64,000 nt of DNA from a virus (IMGVR_UViG_3300045988_173816:160001-224000); one strand, 5' to 3'. Positions 1-8,702 are shown, numbered from the stretch's first letter. The notes: generated from the letters alone by a model not told the origin. A program made the numbers and translations.

Positions 1-111
1 TACCGAAAACATAAAGCAGATGAATTTACATCCCGCCAGAATAAATTGATTGCACAAAGTCGTTCCTTTATTTGGATATATTTAATATTCGTAGTAAGTG
101 GTACTTGGTAA
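1..111 (+). CDS. 3' end of an upstream ORF (partial, unknown function)
   Basis: Frame 1 is open from the window edge to TAA at 109-111. Hydrophobic C-terminus (..FIWIYLIFVVSGTW). No start codon in the window. Confidence 0.3.
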   Translation, partial: YRKHKADEFTSRQNKLIAQSRSFIWIYLIFVVSGTW

Positions 112-225
112 GACGTACTGCCCTTTACTACGAATGGTTTATTACGACTCGCACAGGTTGGCTCTAAATCATTTGGTTTAGGGCTTTACTTTCGCTTTGG
201 AAAGATAGAAAGAAGTAGGTTAGAA

Positions 226-2019
226 ATGAACTACGCACAAATTGAAACTTTAGCAAAATATTTAAAAGTTGTAGAAAGCACAAAAGAAGTAGGAGACCTT
301 AAAAACACTCAGTTGTGTTTAACTTACGGTATCCTCGTAAATCCTTTGGAGCCGATTTCTAAGGAGACAGCAGATGCTTTGATTAAACTTTACGGGGTTG
401 ATTTAAGAAACTCTAATGCTACTTTTTATGAGAGCTTCGAAGTTCGTAAAGGTTTAAGTTGGGAAGAAGTGGTATTTGACCGTCTTTGTCATTATGCAAT
501 GACTTACGGTGGGTTGAAAGAGTTTTTTGGTACGGACTTCATTCCTAATTCCGAGGAAAAAGCCTTTCAAACTGCCTTGAATACACATTTAACAACGATT
601 AAAATTAAATCTTACATGGAAGTTCGAGAAGATTTAGGAGTCTTTCTAAATCAACCTTTGGCTTTACCTACAAGTGATATTTCAATCTTGGCAGACTTAG
701 TTGAGCATTATGGTGTAGATATTACTGAGAAAGCTAATAAAGAGCTTCAAATTGAGTTCGGGTATCGCTATAAAGTCGCACCTAAAAACCCAGAGTTGTT
801 AGTTCGTTTGTTGGTTCGTATCTTACTTGGTACAACCGACTATTACAAGAACGCTATGACTTTCAGTCATTTACGCTTTGAAGTGTCACATTTAAGCCAA
901 GACAAGAAAGACTTGATTGTTTCTCTAGTTAAAAACTATGCTTCAAAATATGGTCTTCAACCATTAGCAGACCATTTTCGACCAAACAAGCAGTTGTGGT
1001 TGACCTTGCGCAAACTAGGTCTTCAAAGAGAAGTAAACGCTATGAAGCGCTTGTCTGAGGTTTCTCGTAAAGACCACACCTTTAAAACTCTAATTACTGA
1101 GTTTCCAAAAGATTTGAGCGGTATCACTAATTACCAGTTAATTCGTTACTACAACTATTTAAGTGAATTGCTTGTGTTGGTTGAGGGTGATTACCAAGTT
1201 TATCGTATTCGTAACGGTAAAACTTATGTAAAAGCTCTTAAACACACTCCGATTAGTGGCTTAGAGTACACGTTGGCTAATTTGTACTTGGAGCGTATTG
1301 GAGAAGAGTTCAAGTCTCGCTTTGCAGAAAAAGAGTTGAAATTCTATCAACCAGAAGAGCATATTTCGATTGCACTTCCAACAACTGCTAAGTCTTTCAT
1401 TGGTTCTTACCCTATGTATACTCGTATTGAAGTTCCAGATAACTACCAAATCGGTATTTATTGGAATCAAGATGGTGACTTGGATTTACACGCACAAAGT
1501 GTAGACGGTCGCCACGTTGGTTACTATTCTGAGAACATCAGTGGTGTCACTTACACAGGTGACATGACTTGTCTAAACCGTCAAGGTTTAGCAGCTGAAG
1601 GGTTGTTAATTGAGGGTGTGCAAGGGTTAACCTTTAGTATGAATCCATATAGCCAACTAGGTTCAGATGCTTGTAAGATTTACCTTTCTAAATCTTTGGA
1701 CAAGAAAGCAACTTCTGTTGTAGAAGATGGTTCTCTTTTGTTCCAAGCAAGTATTCCAACAGATAAAGCGATGGTCTTTGCGACTAACGTTGAGGGTGCA
1801 GTAGTTTTAACAAACTTGTCAGTAGGTGGTCGAGTTCCAAATGAACAAGCAAGTGAGAAATTGACTTTAGCAGTCGAGCGTAAGTCACAAACTGCTCTGA
1901 ATTTGAAAGATTTCGCAGACTTTGTAGGTGCTGAATTTGTGGACTCTGTAGAGGAAGCAACACATGACTTCTCTCAACAAGGGGTATCCGTTGCTACTTT
2001 TACGGATTTGTTGGGTTAA
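226..2019 (+). CDS. hypothetical protein with a C-terminal TerD-like region (function tentative)
   Basis: 597-aa ORF with purine-rich RBS (AAGTAGGT) 7 nt upstream. C-terminal IGIYWNQDGDLDLHA...GVTYTGDMT resembles the TerD-family GLGWD / DLDxSA / GDN pattern. Confidence 0.8.
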   Translation: MNYAQIETLAKYLKVVESTKEVGDLKNTQLCLTYGILVNPLEPISKETADALIKLYGVDLRNSNATFYESFEVRKGLSWEEVVFDRLCHYAMTYGGLKEFFGTDFIPNSEEKAFQTALNTHLTTIKIKSYMEVREDLGVFLNQPLALPTSDISILADLVEHYGVDITEKANKELQIEFGYRYKVAPKNPELLVRLLVRILLGTTDYYKNAMTFSHLRFEVSHLSQDKKDLIVSLVKNYASKYGLQPLADHFRPNKQLWLTLRKLGLQREVNAMKRLSEVSRKDHTFKTLITEFPKDLSGITNYQLIRYYNYLSELLVLVEGDYQVYRIRNGKTYVKALKHTPISGLEYTLANLYLERIGEEFKSRFAEKELKFYQPEEHISIALPTTAKSFIGSYPMYTRIEVPDNYQIGIYWNQDGDLDLHAQSVDGRHVGYYSENISGVTYTGDMTCLNRQGLAAEGLLIEGVQGLTFSMNPYSQLGSDACKIYLSKSLDKKATSVVEDGSLLFQASIPTDKAMVFATNVEGAVVLTNLSVGGRVPNEQASEKLTLAVERKSQTALNLKDFADFVGAEFVDSVEEATHDFSQQGVSVATFTDLLG

Positions 2020-2055
2020 TTTAGAGTTACTAAACAGGTAAAGGTTGGTTAAAAT

Positions 2056-2328
2056 ATGCTTAAATATCATGAGTTCGATACTATCTTGAAACAGTTACAT
2101 GAACTTAAAATTTTAGGAGAGATTGAGTTTGTGTATCCAACCTCTGTGAAGGTTGCACCATTCAAAGATAGAGAAGATGGTACTTATGTAGGAATTTTGA
2201 AAGTAGATTGCAATAACAAACCTCGGTATAAGTTATTCAAAGTTGTCTTTAATTGGAGACCTTTGGAACGGAAATCGGACGTTCTCGCTTACATGTGTCG
2301 TTGTTTGATGGATTATGATTTAATGTAG
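2056..2328 (+). CDS. hypothetical small protein
   Basis: 90-aa ORF with AGGTTGGT RBS-like sequence upstream, in series with its neighbours. Confidence 0.65.
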   Translation: MLKYHEFDTILKQLHELKILGEIEFVYPTSVKVAPFKDREDGTYVGILKVDCNNKPRYKLFKVVFNWRPLERKSDVLAYMCRCLMDYDLM

Positions 2329-2339
2329 GGGTAAAAATT

Positions 2340-2771
2340 ATGAGTATTGTAAATGAGCTTTTCGCAGATAGTAAACCACGTTTAGAGAATTTCCAAAATA
2401 CTTATTTTGAAGAATTCTTCAAACGTTCTTCTATCTTGCAATGTTTAAAGCAGATGCGTAGAACAATTGCAGTTTCTAAGAATGGTGAACCTGTTGTTTT
2501 TCGTGATTCCTTTGTTGATTCTTTGGGAAGAGTGCAACATATTTTAGTGACATTTTATATAAATAGTAATAGTACCTACACTCTTGCTATTGACTTGATT
2601 TCAGAAGATTACTATGATTATGGTAAATACGATCGAAGTGGCACTAGAGAAGAAGGTTTCTACTTTACTTTTAGTGAAGTAACTAAGAACTTGCAAGTGC
2701 AGTTTGTAAACCGCGCTAATTGGTTTGATAGAAAAGAAATTCTTCGAGCTTTAGAAATTTTATTTAGTTAA
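2340..2771 (+). CDS. hypothetical protein
   Basis: 143-aa ORF starting 12 nt after the previous stop and followed by a strong terminator. Confidence 0.75.
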   Translation: MSIVNELFADSKPRLENFQNTYFEEFFKRSSILQCLKQMRRTIAVSKNGEPVVFRDSFVDSLGRVQHILVTFYINSNSTYTLAIDLISEDYYDYGKYDRSGTREEGFYFTFSEVTKNLQVQFVNRANWFDRKEILRALEILFS

Positions 2772-2780
2772 CAGTTAAAG

Positions 2781-2810
2781 GTATCCAGCTTCGGTTGGAT
2801 ACTTTTTGTT
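2781..2810 (+). terminator. intrinsic terminator
   Basis: GTATCCAGC-TTCG-GTTGGATAC stem-loop followed by TTTTTGTTT. Confidence 0.85.
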
Positions 2811-2815
2811 TCTAC

Positions 2816-2844
2816 TTGTAATAACTAACTTTTTATGATATACT
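2816..2844 (+). promoter_or_regulatory. sigma-A-type promoter (extended -10)
   Basis: TTGTAA, 17-nt spacer, TGaTATACT. Confidence 0.5.
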
Positions 2845-2873
2845 AAATTCATTAAAGGTTAAGAGGTTTTCAA

Positions 2874-3404
2874 ATGAAATTCAAAGATTTAGACGAACCA
2901 AACAAACTCCAAATTAAATTTCATTATCTATGTAGTTTGCTAGTTGATTTAGTACATAGTTCTGCTGATGATTCACCTTTACAAGTTATATACAACTTAA
3001 GAAAAGTGAAAAATTCTCACACGTTTGTAGAGTTAGATTACTGTGATCCAGACTTTAGGGATATAGTCAAAGTAAGACAAGGTAAGATTTATCAACATAT
3101 TCAGTTGAGACAAACTCCTACAAGTTGGGTGTTAGGTTTCTTTGGCAGCTCTAGTCAATATGAAGATGATTGGATTGAATTTAAGTTAGCAGATATAAAT
3201 GACACTGATGATTTCTATTCGATTGACTTGAATGAAGAACTAAGTTTGATTGCTTATGTTAATTTAGAAACTCCTCTATTCTTAGAATTGGTATCCTTAA
3301 CAGTTTCATTGGCTACAGCTTTGGGTTATTCTCAAAAGAAAATAACACAAGAATTAAACAGATTAACTGTGATTTATAACAATACAAATAAGTTGTGGGT
3401 TTAG
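2874..3404 (+). CDS. small acidic protein, paralogue family A (member 1)
   Basis: N-terminus MKFKDLDEPNKLQIKFHYLCSLLVDL and C-terminal LATALGYSQKKITQEL are shared in pattern with the ORFs at 3419, 4009 and 5140. Confidence 0.85.
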   Translation: MKFKDLDEPNKLQIKFHYLCSLLVDLVHSSADDSPLQVIYNLRKVKNSHTFVELDYCDPDFRDIVKVRQGKIYQHIQLRQTPTSWVLGFFGSSSQYEDDWIEFKLADINDTDDFYSIDLNEELSLIAYVNLETPLFLELVSLTVSLATALGYSQKKITQELNRLTVIYNNTNKLWV

Positions 3405-3418
3405 TTAGAAGGTATTAG

Positions 3419-3994
3419 ATGAGTTACACAGAGTTAAAAACAGAGGATAAAGTATTTCTATCTTTCGCTGCTTTCATGGACTTACTAAGTTTAGGTTTAA
3501 AAGAACCTCACCGATTTTCTGAGTTAAGAGATTTTCAATATGTCTCAACGTTCACCAATGGAGGTTTTGCAGGGGAACAAAATGGAGAATTTTATGATTT
3601 AATTCTATTTCGCTCCAATGGGTTTCCGAAATTGAAAGTTAGTTTATCTTTAGACAACTTTGAGTATTTAGATGTCAGTTTTTGGACTTATAAGCGTGGG
3701 GTATCCAGTGATGAAACTAACTTTTTACTTCCTTTAACTAAGTTAGGTTCTTACGGTGATTGGGATGAGAGCAAACTCCTTACTTATTTGAGAGCCTTTG
3801 AAACAGTTGTCTCTAAGGAATTAGAGTCTTCCTTTGGTATCGGAGTTGGTTTTGATAGTTTATTTGTAAAATTGGCTCACGCTTTAGGTTTTGATAGGGA
3901 CACAATAACACGTGAAGCTGCAACGATTGCTTATTATCTAGGTCAATACAACGAAAAGGTATTGAGGGGTTTAGGTAGTTTTAAAGCTGAATAG
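3419..3994 (+). CDS. small acidic protein, paralogue family A (member 2)
   Basis: MSYTELKTEDKVFLSFAAFMDLLSLG ... LAHALGFDRDTITREA. The family A pattern is present. Starts 15 nt after the previous stop. Confidence 0.85.
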   Translation: MSYTELKTEDKVFLSFAAFMDLLSLGLKEPHRFSELRDFQYVSTFTNGGFAGEQNGEFYDLILFRSNGFPKLKVSLSLDNFEYLDVSFWTYKRGVSSDETNFLLPLTKLGSYGDWDESKLLTYLRAFETVVSKELESSFGIGVGFDSLFVKLAHALGFDRDTITREAATIAYYLGQYNEKVLRGLGSFKAE

Positions 3995-4008
3995 GTTGAG
4001 GTAAAGAT

Positions 4009-4545
4009 ATGGTAAAATACAAAGATTTAAATGAAACAGAAAAGAAAGTAATCAAGTTTGCTTACTTTACAAAATTGTTGGTTATGTTGAGTCGCCTAAA
4101 TGAACGAGATATTCCTTTACATAGGTCTATTACTGCTTATGATAGAGGTTGGACACATTGGAGTGTTGAACGTGCTGATGAATACACACTATATCTTCGA
4201 CTTTACACTAAGAACTCTAATCTTTCTAAGTTTATTTGTCTTAAAGTTCAAGATAGAGAATTATTTGCAGAGTACAAAGCTAATAAACGTGGTTTATCCG
4301 AAAATGAGTCTTTTGTCTATAAAATTGCAGATGTTGTATTTAATGAATATGGGGATGTCGCCTTTGAAAGTACACTAAACTGGCACCTCTTAGCTTATGA
4401 GAGTATGGGTAACGTTCTCTTTGAAGACTTGGTAGATCAAGCATTAAAACTGGCTAAAGATATGAAAATTTCAACTAATGAAATTAACAAAGAACTAGAC
4501 TTCAAAACATATCTTTACGAGAAGTTAGGTTACTTTCGGAAGTAA
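4009..4545 (+). CDS. small acidic protein, paralogue family A (member 3)
   Basis: MVKYKDLNETEKKVIKFAYFTKLLVML ... LAKDMKISTNEINKEL. GAGGT RBS upstream. Confidence 0.85.
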   Translation: MVKYKDLNETEKKVIKFAYFTKLLVMLSRLNERDIPLHRSITAYDRGWTHWSVERADEYTLYLRLYTKNSNLSKFICLKVQDRELFAEYKANKRGLSENESFVYKIADVVFNEYGDVAFESTLNWHLLAYESMGNVLFEDLVDQALKLAKDMKISTNEINKELDFKTYLYEKLGYFRK

Positions 4546-4570
4546 GTATTGAGACAGAAAGAGGTAAAGC

Positions 4571-5128
4571 ATGAGTGATTCTAATTGGATGGGTATCCTC
4601 GGTGGATTTTGGTTGGCAAAGAATATATTAGATGAGGAGTCTCCCACGTCTAACTCAGTTTCAACAGTAAACAATTGTTCTAGTGATGGATTTGTTGAAA
4701 ATATTCCTTATATTCCAGAGAGTGAGGAGTCTCGTGCTCGACACTTTGTACATAGATATGCAACGGATGGTAAAACTGTTTTTACTCAAGATCAATTTTG
4801 TTTATTTATCCATCGATTAGGTGTTGTGTATTTTGTTGGTCAAGATGAAAATGGTCATAATATCTATGATATTCACCCTTGTAGAAAGTCACAGTTAGGG
4901 GAAATTTTAAATCATGGTGTATTTTGGGATGAACCTTTAACTGTGGGTTCTAGGAATAAGTTAGTAGATGAAGTTATTTATAGTTTATCTCGAAGAGGTT
5001 ATCCAATAAACACTTCTAGGTTTCGATTTTTATATAAATTTGATTTAATGGAGAAAGCTTTTCCGAACACTTTTAGATACTTGAGCACAGAAGAATCTTA
5101 CTATCATTGGCGTTCTTTAGGAAATTAG
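4571..5128 (+). CDS. hypothetical protein, paralogue family B (member 1)
   Basis: 185 aa with GAAAGAGGT RBS. LGVVYFVG..IHPC and LSRRGYPINTS...KAFPNTF align with YGVVIRSG..ILPC and LRDNGYNIKSS...KAYPDFI of the ORF at 5718-6146. Confidence 0.8.
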   Translation: MSDSNWMGILGGFWLAKNILDEESPTSNSVSTVNNCSSDGFVENIPYIPESEESRARHFVHRYATDGKTVFTQDQFCLFIHRLGVVYFVGQDENGHNIYDIHPCRKSQLGEILNHGVFWDEPLTVGSRNKLVDEVIYSLSRRGYPINTSRFRFLYKFDLMEKAFPNTFRYLSTEESYYHWRSLGN

Positions 5129-5139
5129 GGGATAAATAA

Positions 5140-5721
5140 GTGTTATATAAAGATTTAGATGAAAGAACAAAAGAGTTAGTTAAGTTCGCAGATTTCTTAA
5201 CACGTTTAGTTGTAATAGCAAAGTCGAATTACTTAGCTTTAATGCAAGCTTTCCCGGATAAACAGATTAAGAAGAACTGCTTTGTTTTCTCTTATGACAA
5301 GTTGGGTTACATCTTAACTTATTACAAACCATCAGGTGTATTAGGGTATCAACTTAAACTGTTCCGAACTACTGCAAAGACTGAGTTTAGAACAAACAGT
5401 AAAAACTATCAAAATACTGCTAACTTAACTGTGAATGTCAATTCTCGCATGAAAGGTAAGTCCTATGAGTTACAGTTTGCAGAGGGTGATGGTAATGGTG
5501 GTTGGCTCTTTGAAGAGTTAGACCCTATTACAGATTTATGTTGGTTGGGTGAGCTTTACAATGATTTAACTTGGTTCGGTAGAACTTATGATTCAGAAGA
5601 AGCTTTATTAGAGTTAATTCAGAAAAGTTATTATCCATTAGCTAAACAGTTAGGTTTTTCTCGAATTGAGTATAACGCAAGTTTGCGGGTCGTGGCTAAG
5701 AAATTGAGGTGTTTATCATGA
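5140..5721 (+). CDS. small protein, paralogue family A (member 4)
   Basis: GTG start. MLYKDLDERTKELVKFADFLTRLVVIA ... LAKQLGFSRIEYNASL. Confidence 0.8.
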   Translation: MLYKDLDERTKELVKFADFLTRLVVIAKSNYLALMQAFPDKQIKKNCFVFSYDKLGYILTYYKPSGVLGYQLKLFRTTAKTEFRTNSKNYQNTANLTVNVNSRMKGKSYELQFAEGDGNGGWLFEELDPITDLCWLGELYNDLTWFGRTYDSEEALLELIQKSYYPLAKQLGFSRIEYNASLRVVAKKLRCLS

Positions 5722-6146
5722 GTTTATCAGATTTAGTTATGTTAGGTGCTATTCGGAATCATTACAATGAAGATTTCTCAAAGTCTTCAAATTCAAGTTC
5801 TTTTGATTATTTGGGGGATTCTTCAAATAAAGGTATTTATATTGATAAGACATACTTTTTTGTTGAAGGTTATGGTGTAGTTATCCGAAGCGGAAGCACT
5901 TTTATGATTTTACCATGTTCGCGAGATAATTATACAACTATAGTAGATAATGCGGCTTGTTTCCATAAAAGTGATTCTGACTGTATTTATGGTGACCCTA
6001 AGTCGGATATTTTACTTTACCTTAGAGATAATGGGTATAATATAAAATCTTCGGATTTATTACGTTTAAGTATTCCTGCAATCTTTAGAAAAGCCTATCC
6101 AGACTTTATCGTTCACAACGGTTACGCAGAATATGTAGGGGAATAA
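5718..6146 (+). CDS. hypothetical protein, paralogue family B (member 2)
   Basis: The track ORF starts at GTG 5709. ATG 5718 is preferred because it lies 9 nt after GAGG. Overlaps the previous stop. Confidence 0.75.
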   Translation: MSLSDLVMLGAIRNHYNEDFSKSSNSSSFDYLGDSSNKGIYIDKTYFFVEGYGVVIRSGSTFMILPCSRDNYTTIVDNAACFHKSDSDCIYGDPKSDILLYLRDNGYNIKSSDLLRLSIPAIFRKAYPDFIVHNGYAEYVGE

Positions 6147-6151
6147 TAACA

Positions 6152-6180
6152 AACCAAAGCTACTTGCTTTGGTTTTCTTC
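6152..6180 (+). terminator. intrinsic terminator
   Basis: AACCAAAGC-TACTT-GCTTTGGTT followed by a T-rich tail. Confidence 0.8.
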
Positions 6181-6209
6181 TTGCATTTTTCTTGTAGCAG
6201 TGCTATAAT
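6181..6209 (+). promoter_or_regulatory. sigma-A-type promoter
   Basis: TTGCAT, 17 nt, TATAAT. Confidence 0.6.
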
Positions 6210-6265
6210 AAAGTCAATCTTACACATAAGTAAGTTAAATTAAGTGTAAACAAAGGATTTCTATT

Positions 6266-7219
6266 ATGAAAAAGATTAAATTACTCTCGGTATCCGCTTT
6301 ATCTATCCTAGCTCTTGGGTTTGGAACACAAGTAGCACACGCAAGTATTCAAACTGACACGATTGATGAGAAATGGGGCAAACCCACTTTGGTTTATGGT
6401 GGTAGCTTGACTGACTCTCAGGTTGAGGAAGTAAACAAGTCCTTTAATATTTCTGATGTTGCAAACGTTAAGCGCCAAGTTGTTTCTGATGCTGACTACG
6501 TTAAGTATATGAATGAACCAAACGCTAATGGTTTATCTTTGATTTCATCTACCTTGGTTGCCAAACAAGATAAAGGTAAAGGTATTACAGTCAAGATTGT
6601 AACCCCAGATAATATTACGCGTGTAACTGAGACACAATATCGCAACGCTGCGATTACGGCAGGTGCAACAGATTTGGCGATTGAAGTTTCTGCTCCAGTA
6701 AAAGTAACTGGTGAATCAGCTTTGGTTGGTGTTTCTAAAGCGTTGGAAGCGAATGGTCAAGAAATTGATGCCAAACGAACTGAGCTTGCAAATGAGGAGA
6801 TTTCAACAACCGCTCAAATTGCAGAAGCAAATAAAGATACCAAAGGTTTTGACAGTCAATTGTTAGATAATGCTTTAATTCAGATTAAGACTGAGTTAGC
6901 TAAAGAAAAACAAAACAAGGGTCAAGTTGCTGATGATAATAAAGTAGAGAAGATTGTTAAGAAAGCTCTTAAAGACAATAAACTTGATGATATTATCTCA
7001 GAGGATCAAGTGTCTCAGTTGGTTCAATTTGCCAAAGGGTATCAGTCTACATCTGCGGTTGACTCTAAAGAAGTATTGAATCAACTAGGTGATTTGAAAG
7101 ATGCTATTTCTGAGGGGGTAGGTAAGTTCTTGAAGTCTGCTGAAGAGCATGGTGTGTTTGAGAAAGCGGTTGATTGGGTTAAATCTTTGTGGGAATCTTT
7201 AGTTAGTGCTTTCCACTAA
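6266..7219 (+). CDS. secreted protein, possibly DUF1002-like
   Basis: Signal peptide MKKIKLLSVSALSILALGFGTQVAHA. The mature N-terminus ..EKWGKPTLVYGGSLTDSQVEEV resembles extracellular DUF1002 proteins of Firmicutes, recalled from memory and not searched. Confidence 0.8.
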   Translation: MKKIKLLSVSALSILALGFGTQVAHASIQTDTIDEKWGKPTLVYGGSLTDSQVEEVNKSFNISDVANVKRQVVSDADYVKYMNEPNANGLSLISSTLVAKQDKGKGITVKIVTPDNITRVTETQYRNAAITAGATDLAIEVSAPVKVTGESALVGVSKALEANGQEIDAKRTELANEEISTTAQIAEANKDTKGFDSQLLDNALIQIKTELAKEKQNKGQVADDNKVEKIVKKALKDNKLDDIISEDQVSQLVQFAKGYQSTSAVDSKEVLNQLGDLKDAISEGVGKFLKSAEEHGVFEKAVDWVKSLWESLVSAFH

Positions 7220-7242
7220 TTACAGTTTAAGGGTTTAAGTTT

Positions 7243-7377
7243 ATGAATTTCATAACTGTGTTATGTTTAGGTTTTCTCCTTGGTTTAATTCTAAAATTGG
7301 TTAAGAAAAGCTTTCGTTTTATATTTTTTGTTGTAGTGGTTTTTGCACTAGTTGCATACCTTTTACAAATCCTATAA
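7243..7377 (+). CDS. small hydrophobic membrane peptide (44 aa)
   Basis: Absent from the track because it is shorter than 60 aa. ATG 7243, sequence MNFITVLCLGFLLGLILKLVKKSFRFIFFVVVVFALVAYLLQIL, stop 7375-7377, then a terminator. Confidence 0.5.
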   Translation: MNFITVLCLGFLLGLILKLVKKSFRFIFFVVVVFALVAYLLQIL

Positions 7378-7384
7378 AATCAGT

Positions 7385-7413
7385 AAGTCAAGGGTATCCA
7401 CTCTTGACTTTTT
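7385..7413 (+). terminator. intrinsic terminator with GGTATCCACT loop
   Basis: AAGTCAAG / CTTGACTT 8-bp stem, 10-nt loop, T-run. Confidence 0.8.
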
Positions 7414-7432
7414 GTTTGGTTTGTGGTAAAAT
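7404..7432 (+). promoter_or_regulatory. sigma-A-type promoter whose -35 box lies in the terminator's 3' arm
   Basis: TTGACT (7404-7409), 17 nt, TGgTAAAAT. Confidence 0.6.
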
Positions 7433-7467
7433 ATACTTCATTGAATGAAGAAGTAGGAGGAAACTTT

Positions 7468-8640
7468 ATGCTTGAAACGGCACACTTTATGTACTTAGAT
7501 ACACCTTTGCTAGAATTGACTTATGAGGATGGAAAGTTAATTAAGTCAGTAGATTTAGGTGTTCGTACTAACATACCTCATGTAGATCAGATTTTAGAGT
7601 TACCTTTGCGTTCTTTAGGTTTGTACTTATTGAGTCGTAGACATTCATCAGGAAGACTGAACCGTTCTGAGTTATTTGGTGGTGAACGATTAACTCCATG
7701 TGAAGAGTTAAAAGTTTACGGTGGTGCAGATTTAGATGATAACTGCTACGTTCGTTTTGCTTGGTTTCCTTACACTTCTGATGATTTATTTGGTTTACCT
7801 AGCTCAACAAATCGAGGTAGTTCAAGTCCAAAAGGCAATCAACCTAAGTGGGAAACTGGTACTAAGTTCTATAAGAAAGATAACTTCCCTAACGAATGTT
7901 TGGCTGAGTATTTGGTTTCCTTGTTCTTAGAATCTTCTAATTGTCCAGTACCATTTATACCTTACAGACTCGAAACTAGAACTATTTGTAGCTCTCCAAA
8001 CTACAAACCTCGGTATCTCATGTTTCCATTTGCTCAAATGTTAATTTTTGAACTGTCATTTAATGAGTCTAAACTAAGAGTTGGTAAAGGTTCTCCTACA
8101 TTTAACTATTGGTATAAAAGAATATGGTCTCATTTGTCTGCTGAAGGTCGTGTAAACTATTTAATTGATTTGTTTGCAAAATATGGAGTTCCACAAGAAG
8201 AGAGTTTAGCTTATTTAACAACTATGGTTGAACTCGATACTTTGGTTTTCAATACCGACAGACATTTCAACAACTTTGGTTTAGTTTATGATTTAGAAGA
8301 ACAACACTACAAACCTATGTTTCTATTTGACCAAGGGTTTTCCTTGGCAGTAGGTGAGGGTATCTTCGGTTCCGTTCGAAAACTGACTGACCCTTATCGA
8401 ATTAAGATGCAACCATTTAGTACAACCTTGTCTAAAAATCGCAGAGCTTTACCTAACTTTAAATTTGAATTTGATGTTCTCAAGTTTATTTTGTTGCTAG
8501 ATGAAACGAACATATTAACAAAAGAAGAACTCAAAGAAACAACTCAGTTTCGCATTTTAAAACGCAGATTAGCTACGGAATATCAAACAGATGTTCATGG
8601 TAGAGATATATTAAAAACACTTATTAGTTGTGGTTATTGA
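7468..8640 (+). CDS. HipA-like serine/threonine kinase domain protein
   Basis: LVFNTDRHFNNFGLVYD matches the HipA catalytic loop (NxDxHxxNxx). ATG 7468 follows AGGAGG by 7 nt. The track start at 7423 would read through the promoter -10 box. Confidence 0.8.
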   Translation: MLETAHFMYLDTPLLELTYEDGKLIKSVDLGVRTNIPHVDQILELPLRSLGLYLLSRRHSSGRLNRSELFGGERLTPCEELKVYGGADLDDNCYVRFAWFPYTSDDLFGLPSSTNRGSSSPKGNQPKWETGTKFYKKDNFPNECLAEYLVSLFLESSNCPVPFIPYRLETRTICSSPNYKPRYLMFPFAQMLIFELSFNESKLRVGKGSPTFNYWYKRIWSHLSAEGRVNYLIDLFAKYGVPQEESLAYLTTMVELDTLVFNTDRHFNNFGLVYDLEEQHYKPMFLFDQGFSLAVGEGIFGSVRKLTDPYRIKMQPFSTTLSKNRRALPNFKFEFDVLKFILLLDETNILTKEELKETTQFRILKRRLATEYQTDVHGRDILKTLISCGY

Positions 8641-8702
8641 TTTAAACTAAGTAGTAACTAAAACTTATTATATTAGGTTTCTGCCACTAGTTGAAAAAAA
8701 AA

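Noticed and set aside
88-134. Long hairpin (TTCGTAGTAA ... TTACTACGAA, 10-bp outer stem plus inner GGTAC/GTACT stem) near the window start, considered as an oriT nick-region, an ssDNA promoter or a riboswitch
   Set aside because: It overlaps the stop codon of the partial upstream ORF and has no flanking conserved nick-site or promoter features that I can identify. Most simply it is a weak transcript-end structure. There is too little context at the window edge to call it.
4100-4378. Alternative-frame + strand ORFs nested in longer genes (4100-4378, 7736-7930, 14665-14856, 30808-31260, 49744-49941, 52013-52312, 52313-52603, 53087-53350, 62106-62345, 63585-63773)
   Set aside because: They are out of frame inside ORFs with clear domain signatures or paralogues, have low-complexity Leu/Ile/Val-rich translations and lack an RBS.
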